Assembly: GCA_041577295.1 (NCBI GenBank)
Contig: JBFGJG010000010.1
Coordinates: forward strand, 1 to 64,000
Direction: 5' to 3'
Source: Gemmatimonadales bacterium
GTDB taxonomy: Bacteria; Gemmatimonadota; Gemmatimonadetes; Gemmatimonadales; GWC2-71-9
Length of the DNA: 64,000 bases
The notes under the pieces are model-generated. The model worked only from the letters and a program-made list of their open reading frames with translations, ran no database searches and had not been told where the DNA came from. Of this stretch, positions 55,253 to 64,000 are shown piece after piece (positions within the stretch are counted from its first letter, which is position 1; every line of letters starts with the position of its first letter). Both the position numbers and the translations under genes were made by a program.

Positions 55253-57745
55253 TCACGGTGGAGGCGGCGCCGGCAGCTGGTCCAGCACAAAGCGCACGGC
55301 TAGATCGGTCACGTTCCACAGCTGGATGTCCGAGCTGGTCCCGTAGCGCACGGGCCGCAAAACGCCGTTGTCGATCCGGTAACTCCACAGCTCGTTATGG
55401 CGCAGTCCAGAAGCCTCGACGGCCTCCAGGGTGGCCTCGAGAAGATCCCACAGCGTTCTCACATACGTTCGCGGGGCTTCACTGTCGTCTCGCAGCCGTC
55501 CCGATGCGTCGTACGCCGCGGCAATCTGACGCCCAAGGCCGAGAAACAGGAGATTGACCTCGCGGCCCCACACCACGCGCGGTGAATGATACAGGTCGTC
55601 GCGAAACTGCTGCTGGACCGTTGCGCTGGCGTACACGTCGTTCACGACGAGGGGTCCGAGGCCGTCAACCAAGAGGCCCACCGGATACGGCCGGCCAATG
55701 ACGTCGACCATCCGGAGCACCGTAGCCGTCTCGACCGTTCCATTCAGAATCAGGTCGGTGTAATCCTCCAGAAAGAGATCGGTCGCCGGGTCGGTGTTAG
55801 TCGCTGGGATCGGTCGACCTTCGTTATCGAGTGCGACTGCGAGGACCCACAACGGCGTTTGCGCGGCACCGTCTTGCTCGAATCGGGTTCGCCAATAGCT
55901 GCGTCCGCGTTCACCCATGGCTTCCAACGCCTTCGCCACGTGCTCGCGGATGACGTCCGGTGTGAAGCGCACCTCGAAGTGACGGCGTGCGCCGCGCCAC
56001 GTGGTGATCGCCGACTGCAGGGTGGCTGGATCGTCGAGGTATCGAACGAGTGCCGCAGGGTTCGCTGGCACCCGTGATACCGCGCTGCGGGTTGGCAGGT
56101 CGAGCTCCTCGAGTTTCTGAAGGATGCGCTGTGTCGCCTCCAACGCCTTGGGAACCCAGACGGCGTTGACGTCCATGGCAAACCGGCCGTTCCCGTACCC
56201 AACGCGACTGTCACGCCAGCTCCCGGGGAGCCAGCCTTTGTCGTCGCGGTGGAGGAAGCCAACCAGGTTGGTCGCTGTTGGCTCTTCGACATAGGGGCGG
56301 GAAAGCGCAGCTACGAGTGCGAGGTTCCGCATGAGCGCGTCGACCCGCGGCAAGCCATTCGCCCCGGTCTCGCTGAGGAAGCGCCGCTTCCTGGAAGCCG
56401 GTGCATCGACACGCGCGAGGTATCGGTCGACGAGCACCGCGAGCTGAAAGTCATCGTCGATCATGTGATAGTTCTCTCGCACCGCTTGCAGGTTTGCCAG
56501 TAGGTCACGCGCAGCGGCGAGGTGCTCTCTGGCGGCGGCCTCGTCGCTCTCGCGGGCCTCCTCCCACGCGCGTATGTGCGCACTGTACTCAGCGGCGTTC
56601 TCGCGAATTGCCTGGCCGCCCAGCGCCTCCTCATGGCTCACGTCACCTGACGGCGCCACCTTCCCGAGCACGCTGGCGATCACATGCTCCTGCAGGTCCA
56701 CCGACGAAATCGGTTCGAGCATGAGCGCCGCCATCATCATGTCGCGACCAAAGTAGGTCGCGTAGTTGGGCATCGATGCCATGAGCTTCTCCTCGAAGCT
56801 CAACAGCTCGAGACCGCGGATCTCCCGTTCGAGACGCCGAAAGGAGGCCACGCGCGAGTCCAGCGTAGGCGGGGACGAAGACAACGTGCGCACGCTATCT
56901 GCAATCCGCTTCTGACGTTGGTAGAACGCGTCGAACGCCGAGTTGAATATCTCGGCACGGTCGAGCGGTGTCAGCACTGGAGCGTCCGTCGTTACGGTGA
57001 TGTCGAACTGGATTCCACCACCGGAGCGAGCGCGGATCGAGAGGACCCCATTCGTGACGCTGGCCGTCGTCTCCCGCGTATCGCCCCGCAGTTCGAGCGT
57101 CATCTCGTTCCGGCCGTCCAGAGTCCTCTGCTGGACCGAGGCGATCCAGCCAAGCGCCTCACGGGTCATGGACACGTGGGGATGCACCCGCGAGCGCAGC
57201 TCGGCCACGTCGGTGGCGTTCAACAGAGCCAGATGACGTTGCCGCTCCGCCGGACGGACTCGTTCCAAGTCATCGATGAGATCCGTCAGCTCCTTCAGGG
57301 AGAACGCCTCGTCGCCGTAAGGACGCTTGTGCCATTGCCAATACTGGAAATCGCGTTCCTGACGCATCGTGCCCAGCACGAACCAACCGATCTCGAGTGC
57401 ATCCAAGGGGGACTCGAGCCGGTGGCGCATGGCGCGGCGGCGGCCATCGAAATGGGGTGCCGCACCGGGTCCACCCCACGCCAACGGTGCTGGCTCGCCC
57501 GACGGCCCGCGTACGGTAAACGCCGCGCTGGCGTTCGAGGCGTCTGCCCACACATGCACCACGCGCCCACTCCGAGTGTCCAGATAGACTTGAAAGGGGT
57601 TGCGATGCGAGTCTCGAAAGAAGCGAGTCGAGTACCCCTCATACGCCGCGGGATCGTCCAATTCCGGCTCGGGGAACTCGAGAATCGGTGTCTGTACGAC
57701 TTGAAAAAGAGCCTGTGTTACAATGAGCGATGCGAGCACATGCAT
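55253..57745 (-). CDS. Uncharacterised six-hairpin glycosidase-like / glycogen-debranching-like protein
   Basis: TYFGRD, VSHEE, YHMIDDDF, WRDS...DVNAVWVP and QLW motifs reminiscent of (alpha/alpha)6 glycosidases. Start taken at MHVLASL. Confidence 0.6.
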   Translation of the reverse strand: MHVLASLIVTQALFQVVQTPILEFPEPELDDPAAYEGYSTRFFRDSHRNPFQVYLDTRSGRVVHVWADASNASAAFTVRGPSGEPAPLAWGGPGAAPHFDGRRRAMRHRLESPLDALEIGWFVLGTMRQERDFQYWQWHKRPYGDEAFSLKELTDLIDDLERVRPAERQRHLALLNATDVAELRSRVHPHVSMTREALGWIASVQQRTLDGRNEMTLELRGDTRETTASVTNGVLSIRARSGGGIQFDITVTTDAPVLTPLDRAEIFNSAFDAFYQRQKRIADSVRTLSSSPPTLDSRVASFRRLEREIRGLELLSFEEKLMASMPNYATYFGRDMMMAALMLEPISSVDLQEHVIASVLGKVAPSGDVSHEEALGGQAIRENAAEYSAHIRAWEEARESDEAAAREHLAAARDLLANLQAVRENYHMIDDDFQLAVLVDRYLARVDAPASRKRRFLSETGANGLPRVDALMRNLALVAALSRPYVEEPTATNLVGFLHRDDKGWLPGSWRDSRVGYGNGRFAMDVNAVWVPKALEATQRILQKLEELDLPTRSAVSRVPANPAALVRYLDDPATLQSAITTWRGARRHFEVRFTPDVIREHVAKALEAMGERGRSYWRTRFEQDGAAQTPLWVLAVALDNEGRPIPATNTDPATDLFLEDYTDLILNGTVETATVLRMVDVIGRPYPVGLLVDGLGPLVVNDVYASATVQQQFRDDLYHSPRVVWGREVNLLFLGLGRQIAAAYDASGRLRDDSEAPRTYVRTLWDLLEATLEAVEASGLRHNELWSYRIDNGVLRPVRYGTSSDIQLWNVTDLAVRFVLDQLPAPPPP

Positions 57746-57950
57746 TCGCCGAAACCGTCCTGAGTTGTGCAAAAGGTAAGATGAGTGCCAATAATGTACC
57801 TGGCAGTTCAGACCTCCGCGACACATTGCCTCCCGAAGCGTTGGGGTCCACCAGCCTTCTCCAATGTTCCGGTTCAAGATTCTTGTCGGCGAAGGGCACC
57901 GAGACTACGTTGTTCGCCTCACACTCCATGATCGAGCTGAGGTTTCCTAG

Positions 57951-59591
57951 ATGCGGATGCACCACATTGTTGTCAGCGCGTTGGGCACGACGATCCTCTG
58001 GCCAGCCACCCGGAGTGCCGCACAAGAGTCTTCCAGCACTACGGCTGCCGACTGGACGCGCGGGGCCGTGTGTTACGAGATCTTTGTCCGCTCTTTTGCA
58101 GACAGTGACGGCGATGGCGTAGGCGACCTGCGAGGGCTGATACAGAGGCTCAACTACATCAATGACGGCGATCCGGACACGCAACGCGATCTGGGCGCAC
58201 GCTGCATCTGGCTGATGCCCGTGGCACAGTCGCCGAGCTATCACGGTTACGATGTCATCGACTACTACCGCATTGAGCGTGACTACGGCACCAACGACGA
58301 CTTCAAGCTTCTGGTTTTCGAAGCGCACAAACGAGGCATTCGAGTGCTCGTGGACCTCGTGCTCAATCACGCATCGAGCGAACATCCGTACTTCAAGGAC
58401 GCGTTGCTCAACCCCAACTCTCCGTACCGCGAGTGGTTCTTGTGGTCACCGACCGATCCGGGGACTCAGGGCCCGTGGGGTCAGCAGGTTTGGCACCGAT
58501 CCCATGTCCGCGATGAGTACTACTACGGGATTTTTTGGGGTGGTATGCCGGACTTGAACTACGACTCGCCAGCCGTTCGGGAGGAAGCGAAGAGAATCGC
58601 CACCTTCTGGCTTGACGAGCTCGGTGCCGACGGGTTCCGGCTCGATGCCGTCAAGCATCTGGCAGAGGAAGATTACGGTCGCATTGCCGAACACGTTCCC
58701 GCGACCCACAACTTCCTCCGCGAGTTCGCCACGCATGTGCAACGTACCGAACCGGACGCGTTCACGATTGGCGAGGTGTGGGATAGCATCGGTGCCATGT
58801 TGCGGTACTATCCGGATCAGTTAGACGGCTACTTTGCCTTCGAAGCCTCCGAAGCGATCATGGAGTCCGTACGCGCTGGCTCGGCGACGAGGCTACTGGA
58901 CCCATTCCTACGGCTGCAACGCGAGCTGCCGGCTCACCGCTGGTCACCGTTTCTCCGCAATCACGATCAGACCCGAACAGTCACCGCGCTCGGCGGCGAC
59001 ATCGCAGGTGCGAGGGTCGCGGCCACGCTGTTGCTCACGTTACCGGGTCTGCCCTTCGTGTACTACGGTGAGGAGATCGGGATGAGCGGAGACAAACCGG
59101 ATCCGCGGCTTCGTACGCCGATGCATTGGCGCCGGCAGCCGGGCGTGGGTTTCACCGAGGGGCTGGCGTGGGAGCCCCTCCAACCGGACTCGTTCACCGC
59201 AAACGTCGCAGCCCAGGACGATGATCCCGCGTCGCTGCTCAACCTCCATCGCCGGTTGATCCATCTCCGCAGTGCCCACCCCGCTCTTGGCACGGGCGAG
59301 CTGATTCCGCTCAGAGCCACTCATGATGCGGTAGCGGCGTATCTCCGGCGAGACAACGACCGAACAGTCCTGGTGGTCGCCAACCTGGGTACGGCAGCGC
59401 TAACGAACGTCGCGGTGTCTTCGGAGCCGCGCGCCGTGACTGCTGGGGAGTACAACGTGCGAGGCCTCCTCGATAATTCGCGCGGTCCATCGCTGCGAGT
59501 AACGAGGAACGGGCGTATCGAAAACTACGTTCCAGCGCCCTCGCTCCCCCCCCTCGAGGTCCTGCTGTTGGATCTAGTACCCGGGAGATAG
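57951..59591 (+). CDS. Secreted GH13 alpha-amylase
   Basis: Signal peptide, YEIFVRSFADSDGDG, SYHGYDVIDY, DLVLNH, MPDLNY, GFRLDAVKH, GEVW and FLRNHD. Confidence 0.93.
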   Translation: MRMHHIVVSALGTTILWPATRSAAQESSSTTAADWTRGAVCYEIFVRSFADSDGDGVGDLRGLIQRLNYINDGDPDTQRDLGARCIWLMPVAQSPSYHGYDVIDYYRIERDYGTNDDFKLLVFEAHKRGIRVLVDLVLNHASSEHPYFKDALLNPNSPYREWFLWSPTDPGTQGPWGQQVWHRSHVRDEYYYGIFWGGMPDLNYDSPAVREEAKRIATFWLDELGADGFRLDAVKHLAEEDYGRIAEHVPATHNFLREFATHVQRTEPDAFTIGEVWDSIGAMLRYYPDQLDGYFAFEASEAIMESVRAGSATRLLDPFLRLQRELPAHRWSPFLRNHDQTRTVTALGGDIAGARVAATLLLTLPGLPFVYYGEEIGMSGDKPDPRLRTPMHWRRQPGVGFTEGLAWEPLQPDSFTANVAAQDDDPASLLNLHRRLIHLRSAHPALGTGELIPLRATHDAVAAYLRRDNDRTVLVVANLGTAALTNVAVSSEPRAVTAGEYNVRGLLDNSRGPSLRVTRNGRIENYVPAPSLPPLEVLLLDLVPGR

Positions 59592-59649
59592 CGCCACGGA
59601 GCACACAGAGGGGACGGAAGGGCGAGCGGGGTTACGGGGGTAGAGCCCC

Positions 59650-60528
59650 TTAGACGGTGCAGAGCTCGATTGCCGCGCGGAGGCCCACGATGGGATCTCG
59701 TGTCGGAATAAACTCGTGCGCAAACCAGCCATCGAATGGGAGATCGGCAATCGCGCGCGCGATGCCGATGTAGTTGAGCTCCTGCATATTGTCCAGCTCG
59801 TGTCGGCCCGGCACTCCTGCGGTGTGAAAGTGGGCGATGTGCTCGCGATGCGTTCGAATCGTGCGGATTACATCGCCCTCCATGATCTGCATGTGGTAGA
59901 TGTCGTACAGCAGTTTTACTCGCGGTGAGCCCACAGCCTCCATGACCCGTACCCCGAACCATGTGCGATCGCCGTGGTAATCCGGGTGGTCCACTCTGCT
60001 ATTGAGCAGCTCAATACAAACGGTCACGCCCTCCTGCTCGGCCAGCGGTGCGATCGTGGAGAGCGCCCTCACACACGCATCGATACCCTCAGCATCGCTA
60101 CGGCCGTTACGGTTGCCAAACATGCCGATCACGTTTGGCACGCCATGCCGCGCGGCGAGGGGGAGGGCTCGCTCGAGCTCACCCAGGAGCAGGCGGTGAT
60201 TGGCGGGATCGTTGAGTCCGCGGGTAATGAAATCGCTGCGCACCGCCGGATATCCCATGGAACAGATTAGGCCGTGATCGGCGGCGACCGTCCACTCCTC
60301 CGGTGCGAGAAGGTCGATCGCGCTCAACCCGGCATCGCGCACGGCGCGGCAAAACTGAGGGAGCGGAATGTCGGCAAACGGCCAGCGGCACACCGACTGG
60401 CGCAGGCGTCCAGGGCCCGCGGCGCGAGAGATGGTCGATCCCATCAGTGACCGGCCAGCTGCGGCGGTTGCGACACCAGCCACGGCGCTCGCGCCCACGG
60501 CCTTCAAGAAGTCGCGTCGGCCGTTCAT
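59650..60528 (-). CDS. Tat-exported hydroxypyruvate-isomerase-like (Hyi/AP endonuclease 2) TIM barrel protein
   Basis: MNGRRDFLK, RQSVCRW, IELLNS, LLYDIYHMQIMEGD, HTAGVPGRHE and HEFIP. Confidence 0.9.
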   Translation of the reverse strand: MNGRRDFLKAVGASAVAGVATAAAGRSLMGSTISRAAGPGRLRQSVCRWPFADIPLPQFCRAVRDAGLSAIDLLAPEEWTVAADHGLICSMGYPAVRSDFITRGLNDPANHRLLLGELERALPLAARHGVPNVIGMFGNRNGRSDAEGIDACVRALSTIAPLAEQEGVTVCIELLNSRVDHPDYHGDRTWFGVRVMEAVGSPRVKLLYDIYHMQIMEGDVIRTIRTHREHIAHFHTAGVPGRHELDNMQELNYIGIARAIADLPFDGWFAHEFIPTRDPIVGLRAAIELCTV

Positions 60529-60553
60529 AACGCCTCCGTCCCACGACACATGG

Positions 60554-62230
60554 TCAGGTGCCGCACGTTGAGGGGAGCCCGCGCGCGGCGGGCGGCGCCG
60601 CACGCTGCTGCGCGGCAAACGCCAGCGCGACGCCGTTGGACCATCCGAATCCGTCCTGTGTCGGGTACTCGCCGCCACCAGCACGTCTGTCCGCGTCGAC
60701 CACGTCGTATTTCTCGGTCATCTTGCCCGTCGACTGGAACGTGCGCCGGTTGAGGGCGAGCCAGCGGTCTCGCGCCGTTTCCGCGATTGTCGTCTGATCG
60801 TAGCGACACAGTCCCTGTACCGTGAGCCACTGCAGCGGTGGCCACCCGTTCGGCGCGTCCCACTGTTGACCCGACGCGATGAGCGTGGTCACAAAACCGC
60901 CCGAGGACAGGAAGTCTCTCTCGAGCCGCTCGGCAACGTCGCGGGCCTGGTCCGGGGTAGCTAGCCCAAAGTAAAGCAGGGCAGCGGCGGCCAGGGTTGG
61001 TCGATCGACCACGCGCTCACCCGTACGCCAGCGGACATCGTAGAAGTAGCCGCTGTCGGGATCGTATGCCGCTGCGACCAATCTCCGTCGGCGGCTCTCG
61101 GCTGCGTCTGCAAATCGTTGTGCCATCTCTCGATCGCCGGTCTCTCCGCGATACGCTCTGAGCGCCGCGATCGTTCGCTCCCCATGATAGAGCAGGCTAT
61201 TGAGATCAATTGGGATCAGGGTCGTCGTTTCGAGCGAGCGCAGATCGGACGGGTCACGCATCCAACGACTCGAAAAATCCCATCCGCTCTCTGCGGCGGC
61301 GCGGAGGTTTCGGTACAACATCTCGCGCCGCGCCGCCGGCAGCGACTGGCCAAGCTCGTAGTCCTCACGATACGACTCCGGCCGGGGCGCCGGCCGGTCG
61401 TCCCAGTAGCGGTTGAGGATTGATCCGTCAGCCAGTCGCACCACCCGCCGCCACGCCGAACCTGGTGCGAGCTGTTCTGCCCCGGTCATCCAGAACGCGT
61501 GCTCTGCCTCGAGGGCTTCGAGGTAGGCCAACGCTCGCGAGCTGTCCGTGGCAGACGCGTACAACCCCACCATGGCAGCAAAATACGGCGGTTGGCTGCG
61601 GCTCAAGTAGTATGTTCGATTGCCGTTCGGTATGTGACCGACTGTGCGGATCAAATACGCAAAATTGTCGAGCATGTTCTCGACGAGGTCCGTCCGGCCG
61701 CTCTCCACCAGGCCCAGCATGGTGAAGTAGGAGTCCCAGTAATAAACCTCGCGGAAGCGACCTCCCGGCACCACGTACGCGTTGGGCAGTGGGATCAGCG
61801 AGGAGTAGGGATCCAACGCATCTGGCGTTCTGGTGAGTGCCGGCCAGAGCGCGCGAATGTGCTCCTCCATCGTCCGTGACATGTCGGTGCGAACGCCCTC
61901 GCCCGCGCGTTGGGGCAGTTCGAAATGCTCTTGAACGAATGCCCTCAAGTCGAAACGGGCGTTGGTGCGGGCACTGGCATAGCGAGTGGCAATCTGGGAC
62001 GGAGGCGATACGGGGCGGGCGTCCACGAACGTCTTCGAGTCCTCGAACACGCGCCCGAGCTGAATGTCTTGGAAGAGTGATCCGAGGTCACGTGATGGAT
62101 CGTAGCGCGTGGCCGGAGCAGCTGGCGCACTCGTGCCAGCCGGTGCGGCGGTGCGACATCCGATGGCAATGAGAACCGCAAGCAGGCAGGTGAAGGCTGT
62201 TCGACTTCCAGCCCAGGGTATCTGACGCAT
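60554..62230 (-). CDS. treA: Alpha,alpha-trehalase (GH37), lipoprotein
   Basis: DSKTFVD, VVPGGRFREVYYWDSYF, PNGNRTYYLSRSQPP, PRPESY, AAESGWDFSSRW, QQWDAPNGW and GGGEYPTQDGFGWSNG. Lipobox IAIGC. An alternative start is at 62260. Confidence 0.95.
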   Translation of the reverse strand: MRQIPWAGSRTAFTCLLAVLIAIGCRTAAPAGTSAPAAPATRYDPSRDLGSLFQDIQLGRVFEDSKTFVDARPVSPPSQIATRYASARTNARFDLRAFVQEHFELPQRAGEGVRTDMSRTMEEHIRALWPALTRTPDALDPYSSLIPLPNAYVVPGGRFREVYYWDSYFTMLGLVESGRTDLVENMLDNFAYLIRTVGHIPNGNRTYYLSRSQPPYFAAMVGLYASATDSSRALAYLEALEAEHAFWMTGAEQLAPGSAWRRVVRLADGSILNRYWDDRPAPRPESYREDYELGQSLPAARREMLYRNLRAAAESGWDFSSRWMRDPSDLRSLETTTLIPIDLNSLLYHGERTIAALRAYRGETGDREMAQRFADAAESRRRRLVAAAYDPDSGYFYDVRWRTGERVVDRPTLAAAALLYFGLATPDQARDVAERLERDFLSSGGFVTTLIASGQQWDAPNGWPPLQWLTVQGLCRYDQTTIAETARDRWLALNRRTFQSTGKMTEKYDVVDADRRAGGGEYPTQDGFGWSNGVALAFAAQQRAAPPAARGLPSTCGT

Positions 62231-62256
62231 GCGCGCCCCCCGCCAAAGCGCATTCA

Positions 62257-63876
62257 TCATGAGAAGTAGATCCATACGAGCCCGACGCAGAAAACGAGGA
62301 ACACACTCAACACCAAATCCATCGTCCGCCAGCGGCGGCTGACTTCTGGCGTTGGCGCGGGTTCCACTGTTGCAAACGTCAAGCCTGCCACCTTGGGAGC
62401 GGGTGGCTCTGGGCTCAGTAGGCTGACAATCACCAGCACCGCCGTGCAGGTCACGAACAGCACTATCGCAAAGTGAAGGAAGTTGATGTCGGCATAGGTG
62501 AAGAGCAGACCGTCGAGCCGCCCTTTGAATAACTCCGCCACCAAGCGTCCCATTCCTAGCACGAACCCGGTGATCAGTGCGGCGATGGCACCGTTGGCGT
62601 TGACTCGCTTCCACAGCACGCCAATCAAGAAGACCGCGGCGATGGGCGGCGAGATATAGGCCTGGACGCTCTGAAGATACTGGTAGAGCTGTCCCGAGAT
62701 CAGCTTCATGAACGGTATCCACGCCAAACCAAACACCACGAGCACCCCAGTGGTGACTTGTCCCACTAGCACGAGCCTCCGCTCCGGCGCCTCGGGGTGG
62801 AGCTTCTTGTACACGTCAAGCGTGACCAACGTAGACGTGGAGTTGAACACCGAGGAGAGCGAGCTCATCAACGCTGCCAGGAGTCCCGCGACGACGAGCC
62901 CCCGCAAGCCGATCGGGAGCAATACCGCAATCAACGTGGGGAGCGCCTGATCAGGGGTGGCGAGCTGGAGCCGGTTCTGCTGCGAGAGCGCGAAAGCAAT
63001 CACGCCGGGGATCACAAAGATGAACAAGGGGAGCAGCTTCAAGTAGCCCGCGAACACCGTCCCGCGCCGGGCGTGATCGGGGTTGGTTGCTGCAAGCACG
63101 CGTTGCACGATGAATTGGTCCGTACACCAATACCACACACCGAGAATCGGGGCTCCAAACAGAATCCCGGTCCACGGGAAGTTCGGATCCGAGATAGGCT
63201 TCCACACGCTGAGGAACCCAGGTTCGACGGCTTCCGTCAAGGCGTCCCATCCGCCCAGGGCGCTGAGTCCCAAGATCGTGACGGCGACCGCACCGCCAAT
63301 CAACACGAACATTTGCAAGAGGTCCGTGTACAGCACCGCTCGTAGCCCGCCGAAGATGGTGTACACGCCGGTGACGATTACGACGACCAGCGCACCAGTC
63401 CAAAAGTCGATCCCCATGATCGCCTCGAAGACGATCCCTCCGGCCGCTATCGTGACCGAGATCTTGGTGAGGACGTAACCGATGATCGAAATGATCGCGA
63501 GGTACCAGCGAGCGCCCGCGGAGTAGCGGCGCTCGAGGAATTCGGGCATGGTGAACACGCCGCTCGACAAGTAGAACGGTACGAACACCCAGCCGAGAAT
63601 CAACAGGATCAGCGACGCGAGGACCTCGAACTGCCCAACAGCCACACCGCTCGCCGCTCCGGTTCCCGCCAGCCCCACCAGGTGTTCCGATCCGATATTC
63701 GAGGCGAACAACGACCCGCCAACCAAGAACCAGCCTGCATGGCGGCCCGCCAGGAAGTAGTCCTGAGACGTCCCGCGGGCCGCACGCTCCCGCACCGACG
63801 CCCAAATCGCGACGCCGAATACCAGCACGAAGTAGACACCGATAACAGCCCAGTCCACAGTCGCGAGTAAGCCCAC
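62257..63876 (-). CDS. Sodium:solute symporter (SGLT-like sugar transporter)
   Basis: DYFLAGR, SLFASNIGSEHLVGLAG, TMPEFLERRY, GGLRAVLYTD and WYWCTDQFIVQR. Confidence 0.93.
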   Translation of the reverse strand: MGLLATVDWAVIGVYFVLVFGVAIWASVRERAARGTSQDYFLAGRHAGWFLVGGSLFASNIGSEHLVGLAGTGAASGVAVGQFEVLASLILLILGWVFVPFYLSSGVFTMPEFLERRYSAGARWYLAIISIIGYVLTKISVTIAAGGIVFEAIMGIDFWTGALVVVIVTGVYTIFGGLRAVLYTDLLQMFVLIGGAVAVTILGLSALGGWDALTEAVEPGFLSVWKPISDPNFPWTGILFGAPILGVWYWCTDQFIVQRVLAATNPDHARRGTVFAGYLKLLPLFIFVIPGVIAFALSQQNRLQLATPDQALPTLIAVLLPIGLRGLVVAGLLAALMSSLSSVFNSTSTLVTLDVYKKLHPEAPERRLVLVGQVTTGVLVVFGLAWIPFMKLISGQLYQYLQSVQAYISPPIAAVFLIGVLWKRVNANGAIAALITGFVLGMGRLVAELFKGRLDGLLFTYADINFLHFAIVLFVTCTAVLVIVSLLSPEPPAPKVAGLTFATVEPAPTPEVSRRWRTMDLVLSVFLVFCVGLVWIYFS

Positions 63877-64000
63877 GGGTCTCTCTCCGGTCTAGGGTCT
63901 GCGCGCCTTAATGCTCACACCGAGATGCGACGGGGAACCGGCCCAGTATACGCCGATGGACGCCCTCGCGGAACGTCTCTCCCCGACTGTATGTCTCCTT

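Noticed and set aside
12464..62722. Over-long N-termini in track ORFs (12464-14545, 16124-17011, 24646-25494, 59650-60684, 60554-62722 etc.)
   Set aside because: The extensions overlap neighbouring genes. Signal peptides and RBS positions indicate later starts.
1..64000. CRISPR arrays, tRNA/rRNA, transposases, integrases, phage or defence genes
   Set aside because: No repeat-spacer periodicity, tRNA cloverleaf with T-loop/CCA, or mobile-element motifs were found by eye. The CPBP/Abi protein is a membrane protease family member and is not evidence of abortive infection.

Overview
GC-rich bacterial DNA. The Ser/Thr kinase-beta-propeller gene and the general gene repertoire suggest Gemmatimonadota, which is an inference only. 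(1) 1-8784 (-) is the 5' part of a large NRPS that the ORF track misses because it runs off the left edge. Its domains are C-A(Val)-T-C-A(unusual Arg/His pocket)-T-C-A(Gly)... (2) 9.2-15 kb holds a small membrane protein, a kinase, an amidohydrolase and a secreted protein with an internal duplication. (3) About 15.02-15.27 kb (-) looks like a stand-alone, highly structured non-coding RNA with a candidate -10 box and an intrinsic terminator. This is the most striking unexplained element. (4) 15.4-27 kb is a partly Tat-exported glycoside 3-oxidation/elimination-type cluster (GMC + subunit 3, two Gfo/Idh/MocA, IolE-like, DUF1080, NupG-like MFS, DUF5916), interrupted by a TetR-SRPBCC pair with matching operator-like sites. 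(5) 27-40 kb holds AlaX, a DUF3047-TolC-MlaC-like operon converging on an MMPL/RND gene, a MacAB-like ABC exporter and a TonB-dependent receptor. (6) 40-41 kb has an SRPBCC gene preceded by a CarH/LitR-type operator (three 11-bp-spaced TnnACA repeats) and a decayed fasciclin gene. (7) 41-64 kb is a glucoside/trehalose/maltodextrin utilisation region (GH3, two GH13, GH37 trehalase, an uncharacterised six-hairpin-like glycosidase, two SSS symporters, PfkB, Hyi-like, pyruvate kinase). It also contains a PQQ-type sugar dehydrogenase + heptaheme cytochrome-TPR pair and a deletion scar of a second GMC operon. No tRNA, rRNA, CRISPR array or transposase/integrase was seen.
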